Positions 26,032 through 40,400 of a stretch of DNA of 64,000 bases are shown piece by piece. Position 1 is the first letter of the stretch, and each line of letters starts with the position of its first letter. Origin of the DNA: Lama glama (lineage: Eukaryota); NCBI GenBank assembly GCA_028534125.1, contig CM052817.1, positions 30,382,001 to 30,446,000 on the forward strand, given 5' to 3'. The notes under the pieces are model-generated. The model made no database searches. It had not been told where the DNA came from and saw only the letters and a list, made by a program, of their open reading frames with translations. The translations under genes and the position numbers were made by a program.

Positions 26032-27500
26032 TCCACTTTGAATAAATTTCTTCTCCTGGCTTAAAAGATACCATAATCTCTAAGTTTCCTCCCATATCAC
26101 TCGTGGGTTTTCTTCAGTTTCTTTACTTTGTTCCTCCTCGTCTGCCTAACATTGTGGTGTTGGAATGCTCCAAATTTCAGCACTAGAACTCTTCTCTTCT
26201 CTTCTCTGTCAAGACTGCTCCCTTAATGATGTCATCTATGAACTGAGAACTGCTAAATTTCTATCTCAAGGCTTGACCTCTCTCTGAAACTCCAAAATTG
26301 TAGGACTCAACTTCCTACTCTGCATCTCTACTGAGATACCTTAATACCATTTTCAAATTTAACCGTGTCCGAAAATGGATGCCTGATAGTCTTCTCCCCA
26401 ATTTTCTCCACCTATAGTTTGTCTCATCTCACTTAATGACCATTCCTCTTTTCCTTAACACATCCTGATGTCCTCCTTACTTATCTCTCATACCTCACAT
26501 ATAATTGTCAGAAACTTGTCTCTATTTTCAGAGTATTTTAAGAAACTGATAAATTCTCACTATCTCCACTGCTGCCACACTGCTCCAAAGTCTCACTACA
26601 TGAAACTGGGTTATTACAATACTCTTCTAACCAGTCTTTCTCTTCCTGCTATTGATTCCCCTTCCCTAGTCTATCAAAATAGCAATCAGAGTTATTCTAT
26701 TAAGACAAAAATCACATTGTGTCTCTCCAATGCTCAAAACCCTTCAACGGATTTCCATCTCAGTCAAGAGCAAAAGCCAAAGTTCTTACAAGAAAAAAAA
26801 AAAAAATAAACTTCTAAATAATCTGGCATCCCACTGTCCATCGGACCTAACCCCCAGCACTCTCCCCATTGATTGCTTCATCCCAGCCACACTGACACAC
26901 CTTGCTGTTTCTTGAACACTTCCAGGCTTTGATCTTTCTATTGGTATAACCCTCTCTTAAGAATGACTTTCTCCAATTAACTGCATGGCTAAAAACTTCA
27001 CCTCCTTCAAATCTATCTAAAATATTACTTTATCACTAAAACCATCCCGTATCATCTCATTTAACCTCTCTTTCCACCTAGCACTTCATGCCCCTCTTTA
27101 CTGCTTTTTTCTCCATAGCACTTACTACATCTATCTATATCTGTATAATTAATATGTTTATTTTATGTCTCACTGCAATTAGAATATAACCTCCACAAGA
27201 GTAAGAAAGTTTTTTTTTCTGTTCTGTTTTTTTGCTATAGTCACAACACCTAGAACAATGCCTGCTTCAAGTAAGCATTCAGTAAATATTTATTGAATCA
27301 CTGAGTCTTCCTTGTCCTTCCAATTCTCATTGCCATAGTCCTGGCTTAGACCCTCATTAAGTCTTTCTTGGCCTTTTGCAATCATCTTCTAACTTGCCAC
27401 TCTGTGTTATGTTCCAAACTGCCAAAACCTATTATTTCTTAAAGAATCCCCTCTGAAGCATATCTCTGCTTACACTTTTGTGCTCAAAAGCCGTCACTGA
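26032..27500 (+). mobile_element. L2 fragments
   Basis: ctctctgaaactcc, aatgctcaaaacccttcaa, ccagccacactg, tagaatataa...cctagaacaatgcctg...aaatatttattgaat. Confidence 0.78.
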
Positions 27501-28451
27501 CTCCTTACTTTCAAAGACGTTCTTTCCAAATACTGAAGTGAAAGAGCATCACTCAATTCTTCAAACTAAAGAATCTCCGGTTCCATCCAAAACCTTTTAA
27601 ATAAGAATCTTTAGACCAAGGTATCTATATTTTTTAAAATAAAATAAAATGTGAGGCGTAACACATTTCAAGTATCACAAGTCCAGAAATCCTAGGGAAG
27701 CCTCCAAGGTAACTCAGAAATTTGACCTCAGCTTACCTTTCGAGTCTTTTCTTTCTTTCTCTCTTCCACTTTACCCAATGTGAGTATAGGTAGCTAAGTA
27801 AAGTGTGGCACAGGATTATAGATAGAGATTGTAAAAAAAGTACAGAAAGTATAGAAGCTAATTTAAAAAAAAAAAAGGAAAAAGAAGCTTGTTTTTCTAG
27901 AAATAGAAAATCATCCATGATCTTTAATACTTATTTTGTCTAATTCACTAACTCTAAAGAGATGATTAGTTTAAAATTTTTACTTGGTGGAAAAAGTATG
28001 ATCCCCATTACAAATTATGATTATGGCCAATACTGAAACTTGGTTAAAGTCAAGTTATTTTAAAACTTCACAAAAAAGCTTTCTTTAATGAAAGGGTTTT
28101 ATTCTTTGGTGTGATTAATCACTCTCAATCACCAACCGCTAAATAGTTAAATTTTAGATTGTGAGAAACAGAAGGTATGTCATCACTTTTTATTTCTCCC
28201 ATTGTTAAAAACTGATTAGTAATATAAGTTTAAAACTTAATTTTAAGATAGAAAAATTTTTGTATTTCTAAGTTTGAAGTTTCCTATAGGAAATATGAAA
28301 GTTTTTAATAAGAGAGTCATAACCAGATAAAACTTGATGATATTAGTAGGCTTACACATAGAAGACTTAAATTGTGTATTCTATAAGAATTATTAGTATT
28401 ATAACACAATATTAGTATGAAGTATCAAGGTAAGATATTCATCATAAAACT

Positions 28452-28991
28452 TGTGGGGGAGCAGAATTTGCCACCCCAAAATGTCTCTTTGGCATGAGGA
28501 TTAATTTAGGCTGATTATTTTTGAGGAACAGAAGACTCAGGAAGTCTTTCTTTTGCTTAAAGAACTGAGATAAAGGGCCTGTTTCAGAATACAGCTATCA
28601 CCAGAGAGACCTGCAAAGAATGTGGGCCAGGTGTAGTGAGGCAGATTTGGCAGGTTCTAAAGATCAAGTCCATTCTGTGTCCCATCACCTCCACATGGAC
28701 CAGGAAACATTTATTTACTAAACATTTGCTTTCCATCTTCATTGCCTTCCTCCCCTCTGAAGTCTCAAGCCACTGTCTGCAATATCCTCTTTTCCCTTTA
28801 GCTGAAGATGACATTTAATGTGAAGATTTCAGCTATTTGGGCAAGTAACTCAGTTTTGTGGGTCTCTCCCACGTTACATGTTATTAAACTTTTATTTGAT
28901 TTTCTCCTTTTAATCTGTCTCGTGTCAATTTCATTCTTAGACCAGCCAGAAGAACTTAGAAGGGTAGAGGAAAATTGCTTTCTGTCCAGCA
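28452..28991 (+). mobile_element. MER34-like ERV1 solo LTR
   Basis: tgtgggggagcagaatttgccaccccaaaatgtctctttggcatgagga ... attaaactt ... gtagaggaaaa...ca. TG...CA termini. Confidence 0.82.
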
Positions 28992-30714
28992 AATGTAAGG
29001 CACTCCTGATGAACCGAGTATGTATGATTTCTCCTAGGAAGTCCTGTCTACTTCCCTCCATATGAAATACTATCTCACTGCAGGAAACATTTTGCTCCCT
29101 CCATGGATTCGGCACTTTGCTTCCTGTTACTTGCAATTCCATCAATGTATGTTTAAATTTTAATCCCATTCTTAAGAGGCCATTTATTTCCTTGTTAGTA
29201 TTCCCTTTATAATCTGGGTATTTTGTCAGCACATGAATCACCAGCTCTACTTCTTGTTATGGCTCAGCCAATCTGGCTTCCTTTGAGAATGCTTAGAAAA
29301 ATCATTTGCCTATAGTATCCACTAGACTTTGCATTTTAACTCCACTATGTCAGAATTCTTGAAGAGGCCTTTCCATATGACATGTGCCCATGTATTATCT
29401 AACCATAGACAATTAAACAACTTACAAACCATTGGTTCAAGACATTTTACTCACAGGTTGGGCCACCCATTAGCTTTCTTTCCTTAGAATTTGAAATTTG
29501 AAAACTGGGGCTGAGATATTAGTTAACAAAGGAAGGGTGGGGGAAAGCAGATACGGTAAATACAGACAAGTGAAAATAAAGTCAGAGAAACTAGAGAGAC
29601 GGTCCACAAAACTCAGTCACTAGGCACCTAGTGCTAACCCAATTTGTGACTATCTAAGGCCTAGTTTTTCCACATTTGTGGATTTTTATGAGATTTTTGT
29701 ATCCTGCTTCTTTATTTGAGCAAGCTTCAGTGCATTGGTGTTCCTAATCAACCAAAGAGGTCAACTGAAGGATCCTAAAAACTCTAAAAGTATCTTGTTT
29801 AAATTATCCTGTTGTGTTTATGTGTATAATTTGTGTCAGTTCTTCTGTTTTATATTTTTACATATTTTGTGTGATTTTCTATATTTTTCAAAAATAAAAT
29901 TTATTATATGTAATTTAATGAACAGAAATAGTAAACAATACAATCAGTGTAATAAGTAATATAATTTTGCTCTTTAGTTTTTGTTGTTGCTTTGGGGCTT
30001 GGGGTTTTTTGGGGGGTTTTTATTTGTTTGCTTTAAAAAATATGGTGTTATTTGGTGCATTTTACTACATATTAAAATAGTTTTTAGAAAACCTGAATTT
30101 CTCCTTAACTTGAGAATATAAAGTTTGTTTTACATGCCAATTTCTCTGTGCTTTACTTATCTCTTAAGTAATCTATGGCTGGAAATACCCTAACTGCAAA
30201 GCCTACACCACCCTAAACAGGCACCATGTGATAGCCTATAATTGAAAGCACCCTAATTAGAAAAATTATAAAAATTACTCAATAAGGAAATATGTTCTAA
30301 TCAAATCCTGAAGTCAAACATTCCCCTATGTCTAAAAGCCTGAGCAGTTTCTCTTAAAACAAGAATATTCTACAGCAGATTTTGGGGTGGCATAGGAACT
30401 GTCGTCTGACTTGTTTTTAAAATATTACTTCAACCTTGATTAGAAATACAATCTCACCACCCAGCAAGTTCATCTAATAAACAGTACCAAAGGAAAAATG
30501 TAAGGTAATCAAAGCAACTGTCTACATGATGCCAAATATCTGGTTATTTAAGGTTAGGTATAGAAAGCATCTAATTAAATAACCAAGATTGTTATTTTAT
30601 ATTCAGTGCTATATAAGAATATTGCCATGTATACTGAGATTTAAAAAAAATCACTATAAATGTAATTCTGCTGCTTAGCTCATCTACTCATATGTATTGT
30701 TTCAATCATCCAAG

Positions 30715-30908
30715 GAAAGAGGTCATCAATGTGTGGTCCCTGGACCAGCTCAATCAGTATCACCTAAGAATTAGTTCAAAATAAAAATTCTCAATCTCTA
30801 CCCCAAACTTAACTGAATTAGAAACTATGGAGGTAGAATTCAGAAATCTTTTTTTTTTTTTAACAAGTCTTTCAGAGATTATAATGCAGCCAACATTTGT
30901 GAACTGTT
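30715..30908. mobile_element. MER5A-like MITE
   Basis: tgtgtggtccctggaccagc...atcacct...actgaattagaaact. Confidence 0.72.
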
Positions 30909-31594
30909 TCTCTTGGAGAAAGATTGCTGAGTAATGCATATTGTACCAAAATAAGGAAAATGAAGTAGTTTACAATATATAGTATATGGTCAAACTAAAA
31001 GATAGTATGAGGTTATCCTCTTACAAAAAAAGTTATTCATTTGATATCAACATGTTTTTAGATTGAGTGCTGCTCCAGTGTACAACTCAAAGGGCTGTTC
31101 TTCACATGTGACTGGTTCCTCCCACAGATGGATAGACGGCACAGTCCAAATGAACATACATTGGTCCTGGTGTTAGTAGCACTTCATGAACTCCATTCTT
31201 CATCTCTCTGAGTATTCATGAGGCACAGTACTCAAAAAAAGAAACTATGATAAATAGTTGTGATAAGATGTCATGTCATCACATTATTTGTTTCAAAATT
31301 TTATGTTAAGCCTCTTTCATTTTGAATCTATACATGTTCATTTGTGTTCAACTATTAGGTATGTATGGTCTGTGTGTGTGAGTGTGTGTGTGAGTGTATT
31401 TGTGTATATGTGTGTTCCTTATGTACGGATTTACTTAGAGTTTTCTGTTTTAAACATTTGGTGAGATCTGGAAAAAAATCTTTTATGAGACTTTTCATTG
31501 TTTCTCTTTGGGGGATATTTTTAAATAATAATCAGCTTAAGGGAGTGGCTATCTGAGTTCATTACAATCATCTAGCATTCAAATTAAGCCTTGG

Positions 31595-32690
31595 TAAGTC
31601 TATTTTTAGTTTTTTGAGGAATCTCCATACTGTTTTCCATAATGGCTGCACCAAACTACATCCCCACCAGCAGTGTAGGAAAGTTCCCTTTTCTCCACAC
31701 CCTCTCCAGCATTTCTTGTTCATCGACTTTTCAAAGACTGCCAATCTAACTGGTGTGAGGTGATACCTCATTGTAGTTTTGATTTGCATTCCTCTGATAA
31801 TTAGCAATACTGAGCATTTTTTCATGTGCCTATTGGCCATTTGTATGTTTTCACTGGAGAATTGCTTGTTTAAATCTTCTGCCCATTTTTTGATGGGGTT
31901 CTTTTTTTCTTTTTTGTTATTAAGTTGTATGAGCTGTTTATATATTCTGGAAATTAAATCTTTGTCAGTTGCATCATTTGCAAACATTTTCTCCATTCCT
32001 TACCATGTGATCTAGCAATCCCGGTCCTGGGCATATATCTGGAGGGAACTCTAATTTGAAAAGATGCATGCACCCCAATGTTCATAGCAGCACTATATAC
32101 AATAGCCAAGATTTGGAAGCAACGTAAATGTCTGTTGACAGGTGACTGGATAGAGAAGTTTTAGTATATTTATACAATGGAATACTACTCAGTGATAAAG
32201 AAAAAGAATAAAATAATGCCATTTGCAGCAACATGGATGGACCTGGAGATCATCATTCTAAGTGAAGTAAGCCAGAAAGAAAAAGAAAAATACCATATGA
32301 TCTCTCTCCTATATGGAATCTTAAAATAAAAAAGAAGAAGAAGAGCAAGAAGAGGACGCTAATGTACTCATCTACAAAACAGAAACAGACTTGCAGACGG
32401 AGTAAACAATTTCACAGTTACCAGGGGAAAGGGGGTGGGAAAGGATAAATTTGGGAGTTTGAGATTTGCAAAGGTTAACCACTATATATAAAAATAGATA
32501 AAAAAACAGATTTATTCCATATAGCACAGGGAACTATATTCAATATCTTATAATAAGAAGATTCTTTTCTTTAAAAAAAAGAATATGAAAATGAATATAT
32601 GTACATATATGCATGACTGGGGAATTATGCTGTACACCAGAAATTGACACATTGTAACTGACTATACTGCAATAAAAGAAAGAAAAAAAA
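31595..32690 (+). mobile_element. Young L1 with 5' inversion (twin priming)
   Basis: 31595-31998 is inverted ORF2 C-terminus (ORF 31568..31996: RYHLTPVR...[19 protein letters not shown]). 31999-32690 is the sense ORF2 end, 3' UTR and A-tail. TSD core agccttgg at 31587-31594 / 32693-32700. Confidence 0.93.
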
Positions 32691-33239
32691 CGAGCCTTGG
32701 AATTTCTACTTTCTCTTGATAACAGTTTGGTAAGGACAGGATTTGGCTGCAGTCTCCAGCACTCCATATGTTTGATTTAGAATATTTTCCATGTTGTCAC
32801 TATTTTTTCACAGATGCACAGATGAAAGGCAAAGTAGATTAAGCTGCCATAAAATACTAAGCTGTATTTTACAACAACCACACAATGACTACCAATGAAT
32901 TCCTGTTGAAAATTGTTATAGGCAGGCCCTTCCCTTTTGACTTTCTATTTCGGTAGCATAGACAGGAAGGGTTGGAAGCAACTCAAAGAAGTCATTTAGC
33001 ATCTTATCCTGTCTCTAATAAAGCCTATACTTTGATCTAAAAGGAAAGTTAATTTATGTTTTTGCTTTGATATACACAGAAAGTAAAACTTGATAACATT
33101 CCAGTTTAAAATTACTTAATTTGCTTTGACACCTATAGTTTACTGATGCCAGGTATGTTAAAAAAAAATGTAAGTCATGATTCTCGCCCTTAAAAATCCC
33201 ATAATGTCCTCAAATCATACTTAGCTAAGAACAACAAAT

Positions 33240-33400
33240 ATCAAATGCTTTACACATTAAAGAGTGTTTCACAACACTCCTGTGAGATTGGTGTTACTAT
33301 TATCCTCATTTTAGAGAAGAGGAAATTGATTTTCCCAAAGGTACATAAGATTTACATCAAAGTATTCTCATTCTAAAGTCCATTTCTAGCTAACTGGTGC
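33240..33400 (-). mobile_element. MIR SINE
   Basis: cacaacactcctgtgagattggtgttactattatcctcattttagagaagaggaaattga. Confidence 0.72.
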
Positions 33401-34493
33401 CATCACTCTTCCTGGTTTTTACAGCAGTAAAAATCAGCAGTGAATTGGGTCTGGACACCAACATGAGGCAGAAATAGTTCTTGGGTATGTCTGACTCTCC
33501 AAACATGACTTCTGGAGGCATACATTCTACTACATTCACTGTAAGTGTATACACGTATATAATTCAAACATGGTCTAATTCAGTCTACCTCTTGAACTCA
33601 CAGCAGGCATTGCTAATCAACCCCAGCTTAATTAACCAGATGGGAGGATTCCCTTCACAGTTATGTATGTATCAAGTTATCATGGTGTACACTTTAAATA
33701 TCTTACCATTTTATTGTTCAATTGGACCTCAATAAAGCTAGGGGAAAAGAAGAGAAATTTAGCCCCAGATTCTTTATTCACAAGGAGCTGATGGTGGCCA
33801 TTACCAAGTCTTCAGATTTAACATATGAAATGAAAACTGTTTCCTATGCTTGGTCTGGTCTGGTCTAAACCTTATTTCCCCAGGTTTAATAGTGCTACTG
33901 AGTACACTAAAAATCCTTAGTAATGTACTTGATAATTACAAATATCAAGTTACATTGCCTCTAGAATTTTCAACCAACTAGCTTCTTTACTTTGCTGTAG
34001 TAGAAAATAATAGTCGTATCATAAAATAAATTCTTCATGAGAATTTCCAGTGATGGATTCTCTTCTAATTTAAGTAACTGTCTTCATTTCTTGTCTTAGT
34101 GTGGATAATTTCAACAGCAGGTTAGAGGCAGAATTTAGGTCACATCAGTTTGAGCCACAAGTACGAGTTTTTGGAGTAGAAGTATTGAGTACACATTATT
34201 CTATTTAGAAACTTTAACCAAATACTCTTTATTTGGAGGTGAACACCCATGCAGCAGTAGGAATTTATTCAAGAATAATCAAATGTAAGAAATGTCATAT
34301 TTTGAAGCAAATTACCCTGGCTCACAGCCCTCCACAGGCATTTTACAGCCATTCCCCACTGACACCTTGCCAAATTGCAGATATTTGCGTACAGAGAACA
34401 GACCTCCAGGATTCCTCAATTCACACAGTCCAGAACCTCATTCTTTGCCCAGATCAGGCTATCCCCTCTCTCCTCTCTCTGCCTTTAACCTTC

Positions 34494-34827
34494 TAGTGCT
34501 GTGCCATATGGTGTAGTAGCCATTAGCTCCATATAGGTATTAAGCACACAAAGTGTAGCCAGTCTGAATTAGGTGTTTTGGAAGTTTATGTGTATATATA
34601 TCCTGCATTTCAAAGACTATCTATAAAAATAAGAATCTTAAGTATCTCATTAACAAATCATTTTTATATTGATTACATGTTGAAACAATATTTTAGATAT
34701 ACCAGGTTAACAAAAATCTATTATTAAAATTATGTTTATTCTTTCTTTTTACTGTTTAAAAAATATGGTCTCTAAAATATTTAAACCTCATGCATGGTTC
34801 ACATTATATTTCTATTGGACAGTGCTG
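34494..34827 (-). mobile_element. MER33-like hAT-Charlie element
   Basis: Ends cacattatatttctattggacagtgctg. Internal ttttatattgattacatgttgaaa. About 330 bp. Confidence 0.8.
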
Positions 34828-36650
34828 CTCTAAGCTAATTTCAGCAAAATTTGTTGATGAACTTGTGCTTGTGAGTAATGCCCTGGATTGTTACTTATTT
34901 TAGAGTGTTACCCAAAACAAGGAGAATCAATTATCACACATTCTCTCACCACTAGAAGAACTTTTAAAGACAAAAATTTGGCTGTCCCAGGTGAGGCAAA
35001 GAGAGGAAAACACTTCTCTTTTTTCTTGAGGAAGAGCTAGTGAGAGAAATACCCAGTTAGAATTTCTCAGTTAGAAGTATGTCAGAACTACCAGTACTAC
35101 TGTGAAACTGAAACATGAATCCAAGGTAAGAAAAGTAGTTTCTCCCTGTGTTACAATAAATTATGTGGCGTAGCATTTCTGCTCTGAGTTACTCTGGGTT
35201 TCAGTTTCCATATCTCAAATGTAGTCATTAAGCTATTTCTCATCTAGATCTGAAATTAAAAAAGCAAAACTGAATTGCTAGATCATTGGACATGATCCAA
35301 CTATTTTCATCATTCAGAAAAGGCTTTCTTCAGTTTTATTTACATGCTAATCTTCTCATAGAAGAGGTCTTTGCATTGTACCTGACTCCACTGGTATCAT
35401 TTCAATCAAGTGATTATCGCATCTCTGATTCTACCTGTGAACTGTGTTCCCTCTGGAGTTTCATAAAATGGTATGATGTTTGTGACTTGGGTGGTAAGAA
35501 ACACAATGTTCTGATCCTGTGCTCAAGTTAAATAGTTTAGAAAATGACTCTTGAAGATGTATAATTAACTTCACAACTAAACCTGATGATAATTTTAATT
35601 GCCATTAATATAAAGTCAATACTCATTTTAAAAAATAGAAATGACTTTTCACTGAAATTAGAGATGCTTGAAAAAGCCTGATCTTAATTGATGTCTACAG
35701 TCTTCTATCTTATGCCTGAAAAATAGGCCAGAATCTGGTATCTTGACTGCATTTCATAAGATCTGGATAAAGGTTTTGATTTTAATTTCTTTTTAGTGCT
35801 CAATTTTTGAGAAAACATTACATTTCTAAACTGATATCTCATATTGAAAACTGTACCAAAATTAACATGACTCAGCTTCATTTCAAGAAAGTAAGATGCT
35901 ATCCAAAAATTTCCTTCTCAGGGCACTACAAAAGATATATGGCTCTCCATTAAACTAACCTTTTTTTTTTTTTCCTGGCAAGTGTTTACACTGGTAGTTC
36001 CATTAGCTTGTTTATTTGTTTTATTTATCAACTTTAATGTAGATATTATTCTAATGATATTCATTTTTAGATATTGACATCTTTCCATTAAAATATTAAG
36101 GGCACTGGTTATTAATATTTCATAATAAAGAGAGGTAACACAGGAATAATCTTTAATTCCAGTAGGGACTAATAGAATTTTGAAAACACTCTTCTATCTT
36201 GGAATTATATTAGAGATTAGGGATGATTACACAAAAGCTTTCTCTAGATATATTTAAGAATCAGGTTGGTGGCTGGGTGGTTTAAGAATAATCCTGAAGA
36301 AAAATATTTTAAATCTCTCCTCCACTGCTTTCATATCCCATAGTTGTGTTTATAATTTCAGAAATATATTCATGTCCAAGCCAAATAAAAAAAACCTAAC
36401 TAAAAAATATTTTAATCAATTGGGTTGATGAATTGTCCTGTTTTCTCTGAAATAAATACAACAGTTTTTATTAAAGCTTCTAAATAGAGATATCTATACA
36501 ACCTCTACTCCAATATTTACCAACTCCATCTATTGCTTCTGCCCCTAATCCTCTAATGAAAATATTCACAATAAGACCATCAAGTCACCAGTGTTCTCCT
36601 AGTATCAAATGCCAATTTACAGTGCTGCATTTATAGATGCTACTGACATA

Positions 36651-39600
36651 TGACTGGAGTTTGGCTGCACAAGGGTTGATTAGCAGTACTTGATAGGAAC
36701 CTTTCCAGCAAAGTTGAAGAGTGTTCTCCTGGAAGTGTCTTTTCTAAATAGGCAAAAGTCTAGGTTGCAAGGTGTGATGCTTAAAGTCTTCATCTCCTGG
36801 GAGCATGCTGCCAAAACTCAGCCTCCATACCCTGATTACCAAATTGAGACTCAAGGACAGAGTTTTGGATGAAGAAAAGATAGCTTTATTTCTTTGCCAA
36901 GCAAAGGAGGTCACTGTGGGCCAATGCCTCCAAGACTGTCAGCCTCCTGAGAAAAGGAGATAGGGGAGTGTATAGTAGAAGTTCAAGGGGTGGCACTGGT
37001 TTCCACAGAGATCAACAAATTGTTGCAATCTTGTTCTTATTTTTGAAGATGCAGTGGTCCCCTTCCTTCAGCTGGGTATGTTGTTTATCTCCCACTTTGG
37101 GAATCTCCCAATATTCTTGTGCCTAGAATAAAAGAGTATTTAGGAAGTGGGGGGGGTGGTCTATGGAAAAGTGCTCTAAAGAAAAATTTGTGCAGTTTAA
37201 AGTCAGGTAGGCATATGTTTCTAGTATTAAGGCAGGCTGAGACCTGGGACCTCTTGCTGCAGCACCTGCACAGACCAGGATCTGCACCTCAAGCAACAAA
37301 ATACAAAGAAACTATATGGGCCTAAAAATTAACTGCGAGCATGCACATTTGGAGTGAGCTATGAACAAGATACAGAAAACAGAAACCCAACTGCCATTTC
37401 TGAGGTGTCAGGAGTAAAAGCAGGGCACTGCACATGATCTCTACATACAACATCACTAGGGGGTTGGGCAGACAACCCAAGCCCCCATCCTCTCCAGCCC
37501 AAACCTGATGGGCAAAAGCATGAGAAAAGTCATCCAAACCATTGTACAATTAAGCAGTTACAAATACCAGATGGGCACCAATGACGGGCACACTGTGAAA
37601 AGATCGCTCTACCAAAATATGGTTATTTTTAATAGAAGTTCAATTAGGCCTTTGCAATATTAGAGTATTTCTCCTTTTATTAGCTGTTGATCAAAAGAAG
37701 CAGGAACCAAGTGCATTGGGCGTCCTGCGGCTATCTCAGAGGGTGAGAGTTTATGAGTCCCAACAGGAGTGGGTCTGAGATTCATAAGGACTGACAGCAA
37801 TGCTTTTGACCAAGGTATTGGAGGGCCTCGACGAACTTTTCCAGCTGAGTCTTAACAATGTTATTAGTCTGTTCGACTAAACCAGAGAATTGAGGCAGGT
37901 AAGCACAGTGAAAGTGTTGTAAAATCAGCCAAATGGCACAGATCTGTCAAAGCATCTGGACAGTAAAACGGGTTCCTCTATCACTATGAATTTCAAGAGG
38001 AGATTTCCCAGGTAGGGATATTTTCCAAAGAGAATTCAGCCACAGAAGAGACAAGAGCCTCTCTGAAAGGGAAAGCTCCAGTCCAGGGTGAAAATATAAA
38101 AACCACGACTAAAACATATTTATATCCATTAGACAGAGGGAGTTGTATGAAATCCATTTGCCAGCCTTCAAATGGTCCATGAGACAGTTTGAAATGTTCC
38201 AGGGGCCGTATGAACAGGCTGCACTGGCTTGTACTTTGGATAAGTAGGACAAGTGAGGTGCATACTCCTTGTGGCCTTGTTAATGTTTCTCCACTGATAT
38301 TAATTCATGAAAGCTATTCTTCTGTCAGAAAACCAATGGTTTAATGCTTGTACAGGGGTGGGGAGTGGACATTTTAGAATCTCTAGTAGGACCAGTTTGT
38401 TATTTATTCCAAATCAGAGGTTTTCTCTTTTTGTCAAAACAACAATTGTTGAGTTTCCAATCATGTTTTTCCTTTTTTGAGGACAATTGTTGGGCCTCTC
38501 TAGCCAGTTTTTCTAAATTATTATTTGGACCACGTGGTATGGCTGCTGTTGGTCCCCTTAATGGTAGGATTCCTTGCAGAAATATCAGTAAGGTGACAAC
38601 CCCTCATTTCTGAGAGTCAAGTTTACAATACCTTGGCATCTTAATACTAGCTAAAGTGGCTGGTAAAAAGTATTGTACCCAGTAATATCTGAACACTGGG
38701 GCCATTTTTAATTTTATTTCTACAGAACATAAGGGAGCCATGTTTCTTCCACAACATTCCAAAATCATGAGCTACTCCAAGGGCATATCTACTATCAGTA
38801 TAAATACTGGCAGTTTTGTCCATGGCCAAAGTACAATCCCAAGAGTGTATAATTCAGCTGTTGAGCCAAAGTAGCCATAAAGATGTTGCCTCAACAATAT
38901 TACAACAATGTGTAATAGCACATCCAGCATAATATTTGCCATTTTTTCTTTTAAATAAGGATCATCAGTGAATAATGAGAAGTCAAACTTACCCAGTGGA
39001 ATTTCCTGTAGATATGATGAGGAGTCAGGAAGTGGTCCACCAGAGTTAAGTAGTTGTGATGTATGTTGTTGGTGACAGATAGGGAGAAAGGTTAGCTAGG
39101 TCAAGGTTATTAAAATGTAAAATAGTTATCAGAGGGGCAGTTAATAAGAAGGACTTCATAAAAGGTAAAGTGGCTGGCTGAGAAATGTTGAATGTGGTGA
39201 GAATTCAGGAGAGTTTCTACTGCATGAGATGCAAAAATGATTAAAGGTGACCCCACAACAATTTTCCCATTGGACTTAAACAAAAGGGCAGTGGCTGTAA
39301 TGGCTCTAAGACAAGTGGGGTATCCCTGTGTTACAGGCCCCAGTTGCTGACTACAACATCCTATGGGCTGATGGTGAGCCCCATGTTTTTGGGTGTGTAC
39401 CCAAAGGCATTCCCTTTCTTTTCATAAGGGGAAAAGGGAATCTAATAATTGGGCTGCCTAAGGGCCGAGTGGGTTCATCAAATTCTCCTTTAAGGCTTTG
39501 AAGGCTATGTCATTCAGCTCTTCCCATAAAATTGGGCCAGGTTGGTCATTGTTGAGTAAAACATACAGAGCTTTGACCAAAAGAGAGAAATTTGTAACCC

Positions 39601-40400
39601 AATGTAGGCAATGACCTACCAGCCTGAGAAAACCTCACAGCAGGCACTTACTTTTGGGTTTGGGGAGACTTAGGACACCATGAAGTCTACCTGGACATAG
39701 GTGTATCCCTTGTTCTAATAGCAGATGCCCTAAATTTCAAACCTGGGTTTGGGCAAACAGCAATTTTGCTTTGGCAATATTATGTTTTCTTAAGGCTAAA
39801 AGCTTTAGCAAGTGGATGCTGTCTTCCTGTGAGGAGCCTTGAGAAGGAGAGCAAAGAAGCAAATCATCCCTATATTGCAACAAAGAAGAATCTCTAAGGA
39901 ACTTTATGTCATCCAGGTTAGCCTTCAGCATTTGCAAGAAATAAGGGCATTCAGTAAAACCTTAAGACATTACTGTTTTCCTTCCCAAGTGAAAGCAAAA
40001 AGGTATTGGCTAGTTTCATCAACTGGAATACTAAAGAATGTACTGTATAAGAATTTACTTCCAGCGGGAATGCATGTTAGTAACATGGGCTAGGAACGAC
40101 AGGATGTCCAGGGATAACAATGTCGTTTATTGCTCCAAGGTCCTGGACAAACCTCTGCTCTTAACCCTTAGGTGTCCTCACTGGTAAAGTGGGAGTGTTA
40201 TAGAGGTTATAGTGCACGGGATAATGTGCCTTCAGCCTTGTAATCATTTATTATGGGCTTTATGCCTTGAAAGGTTTCTTTACTTGGAGGGTATTGATTA
40301 ATTCTGGGCTTTTGAGGGGTCTCTTTGAATTTTTATGTGAATTTTGCTAACATCAGTTGGAGATTTTGCCCATAAGGAAAGTGGTAGCTGATTCAATAGG
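36651..40400 (-). pseudogene. pol: ERV pol (RT-RNase H-integrase), disrupted by stops, frameshifts, deletions and an LTR insertion
   Basis: RT LLQYRDDLLL (YRDD 39863-39874) and FFSIPVDETSQYLFAFTWEG. RNase H IYTDSRYALGVAHDFGMLW (ORF 38647..38829). IN GPFEGWQMDFIQLP (~38140-38180) and C-terminal WKGSYQVLLINPCAAKLQ (~36655-36710). Confidence 0.93.
36806..37586 (-). mobile_element. Solo LTR (family B) inserted in integrase
   Basis: Splits the IN reading ...SFHSV|LPGDED.... Plus strand starts tgctgccaaaactc. Minus-strand AATAAA near 36885. Flanks agca/ggca (imperfect TSD). Confidence 0.8.

Noticed and set aside
28798..29241. 147-aa ORF and the other 60-120 aa ORFs outside the ERV and L1
   Set aside because: They overlap repeats or have random-like composition, with no recognisable domain or exon structure.
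36588..36620. ccag|tgttctcct...caaatg resembles a TSD (CCAG also at 44127-44130) plus the start of the missing 3' LTR
   Set aside because: Similarity ends after ~20 nt, and the stretch fits the L2 motif gtcacca.tgacctcc....gccaaatccaat in L2-like context. Probably coincidence.
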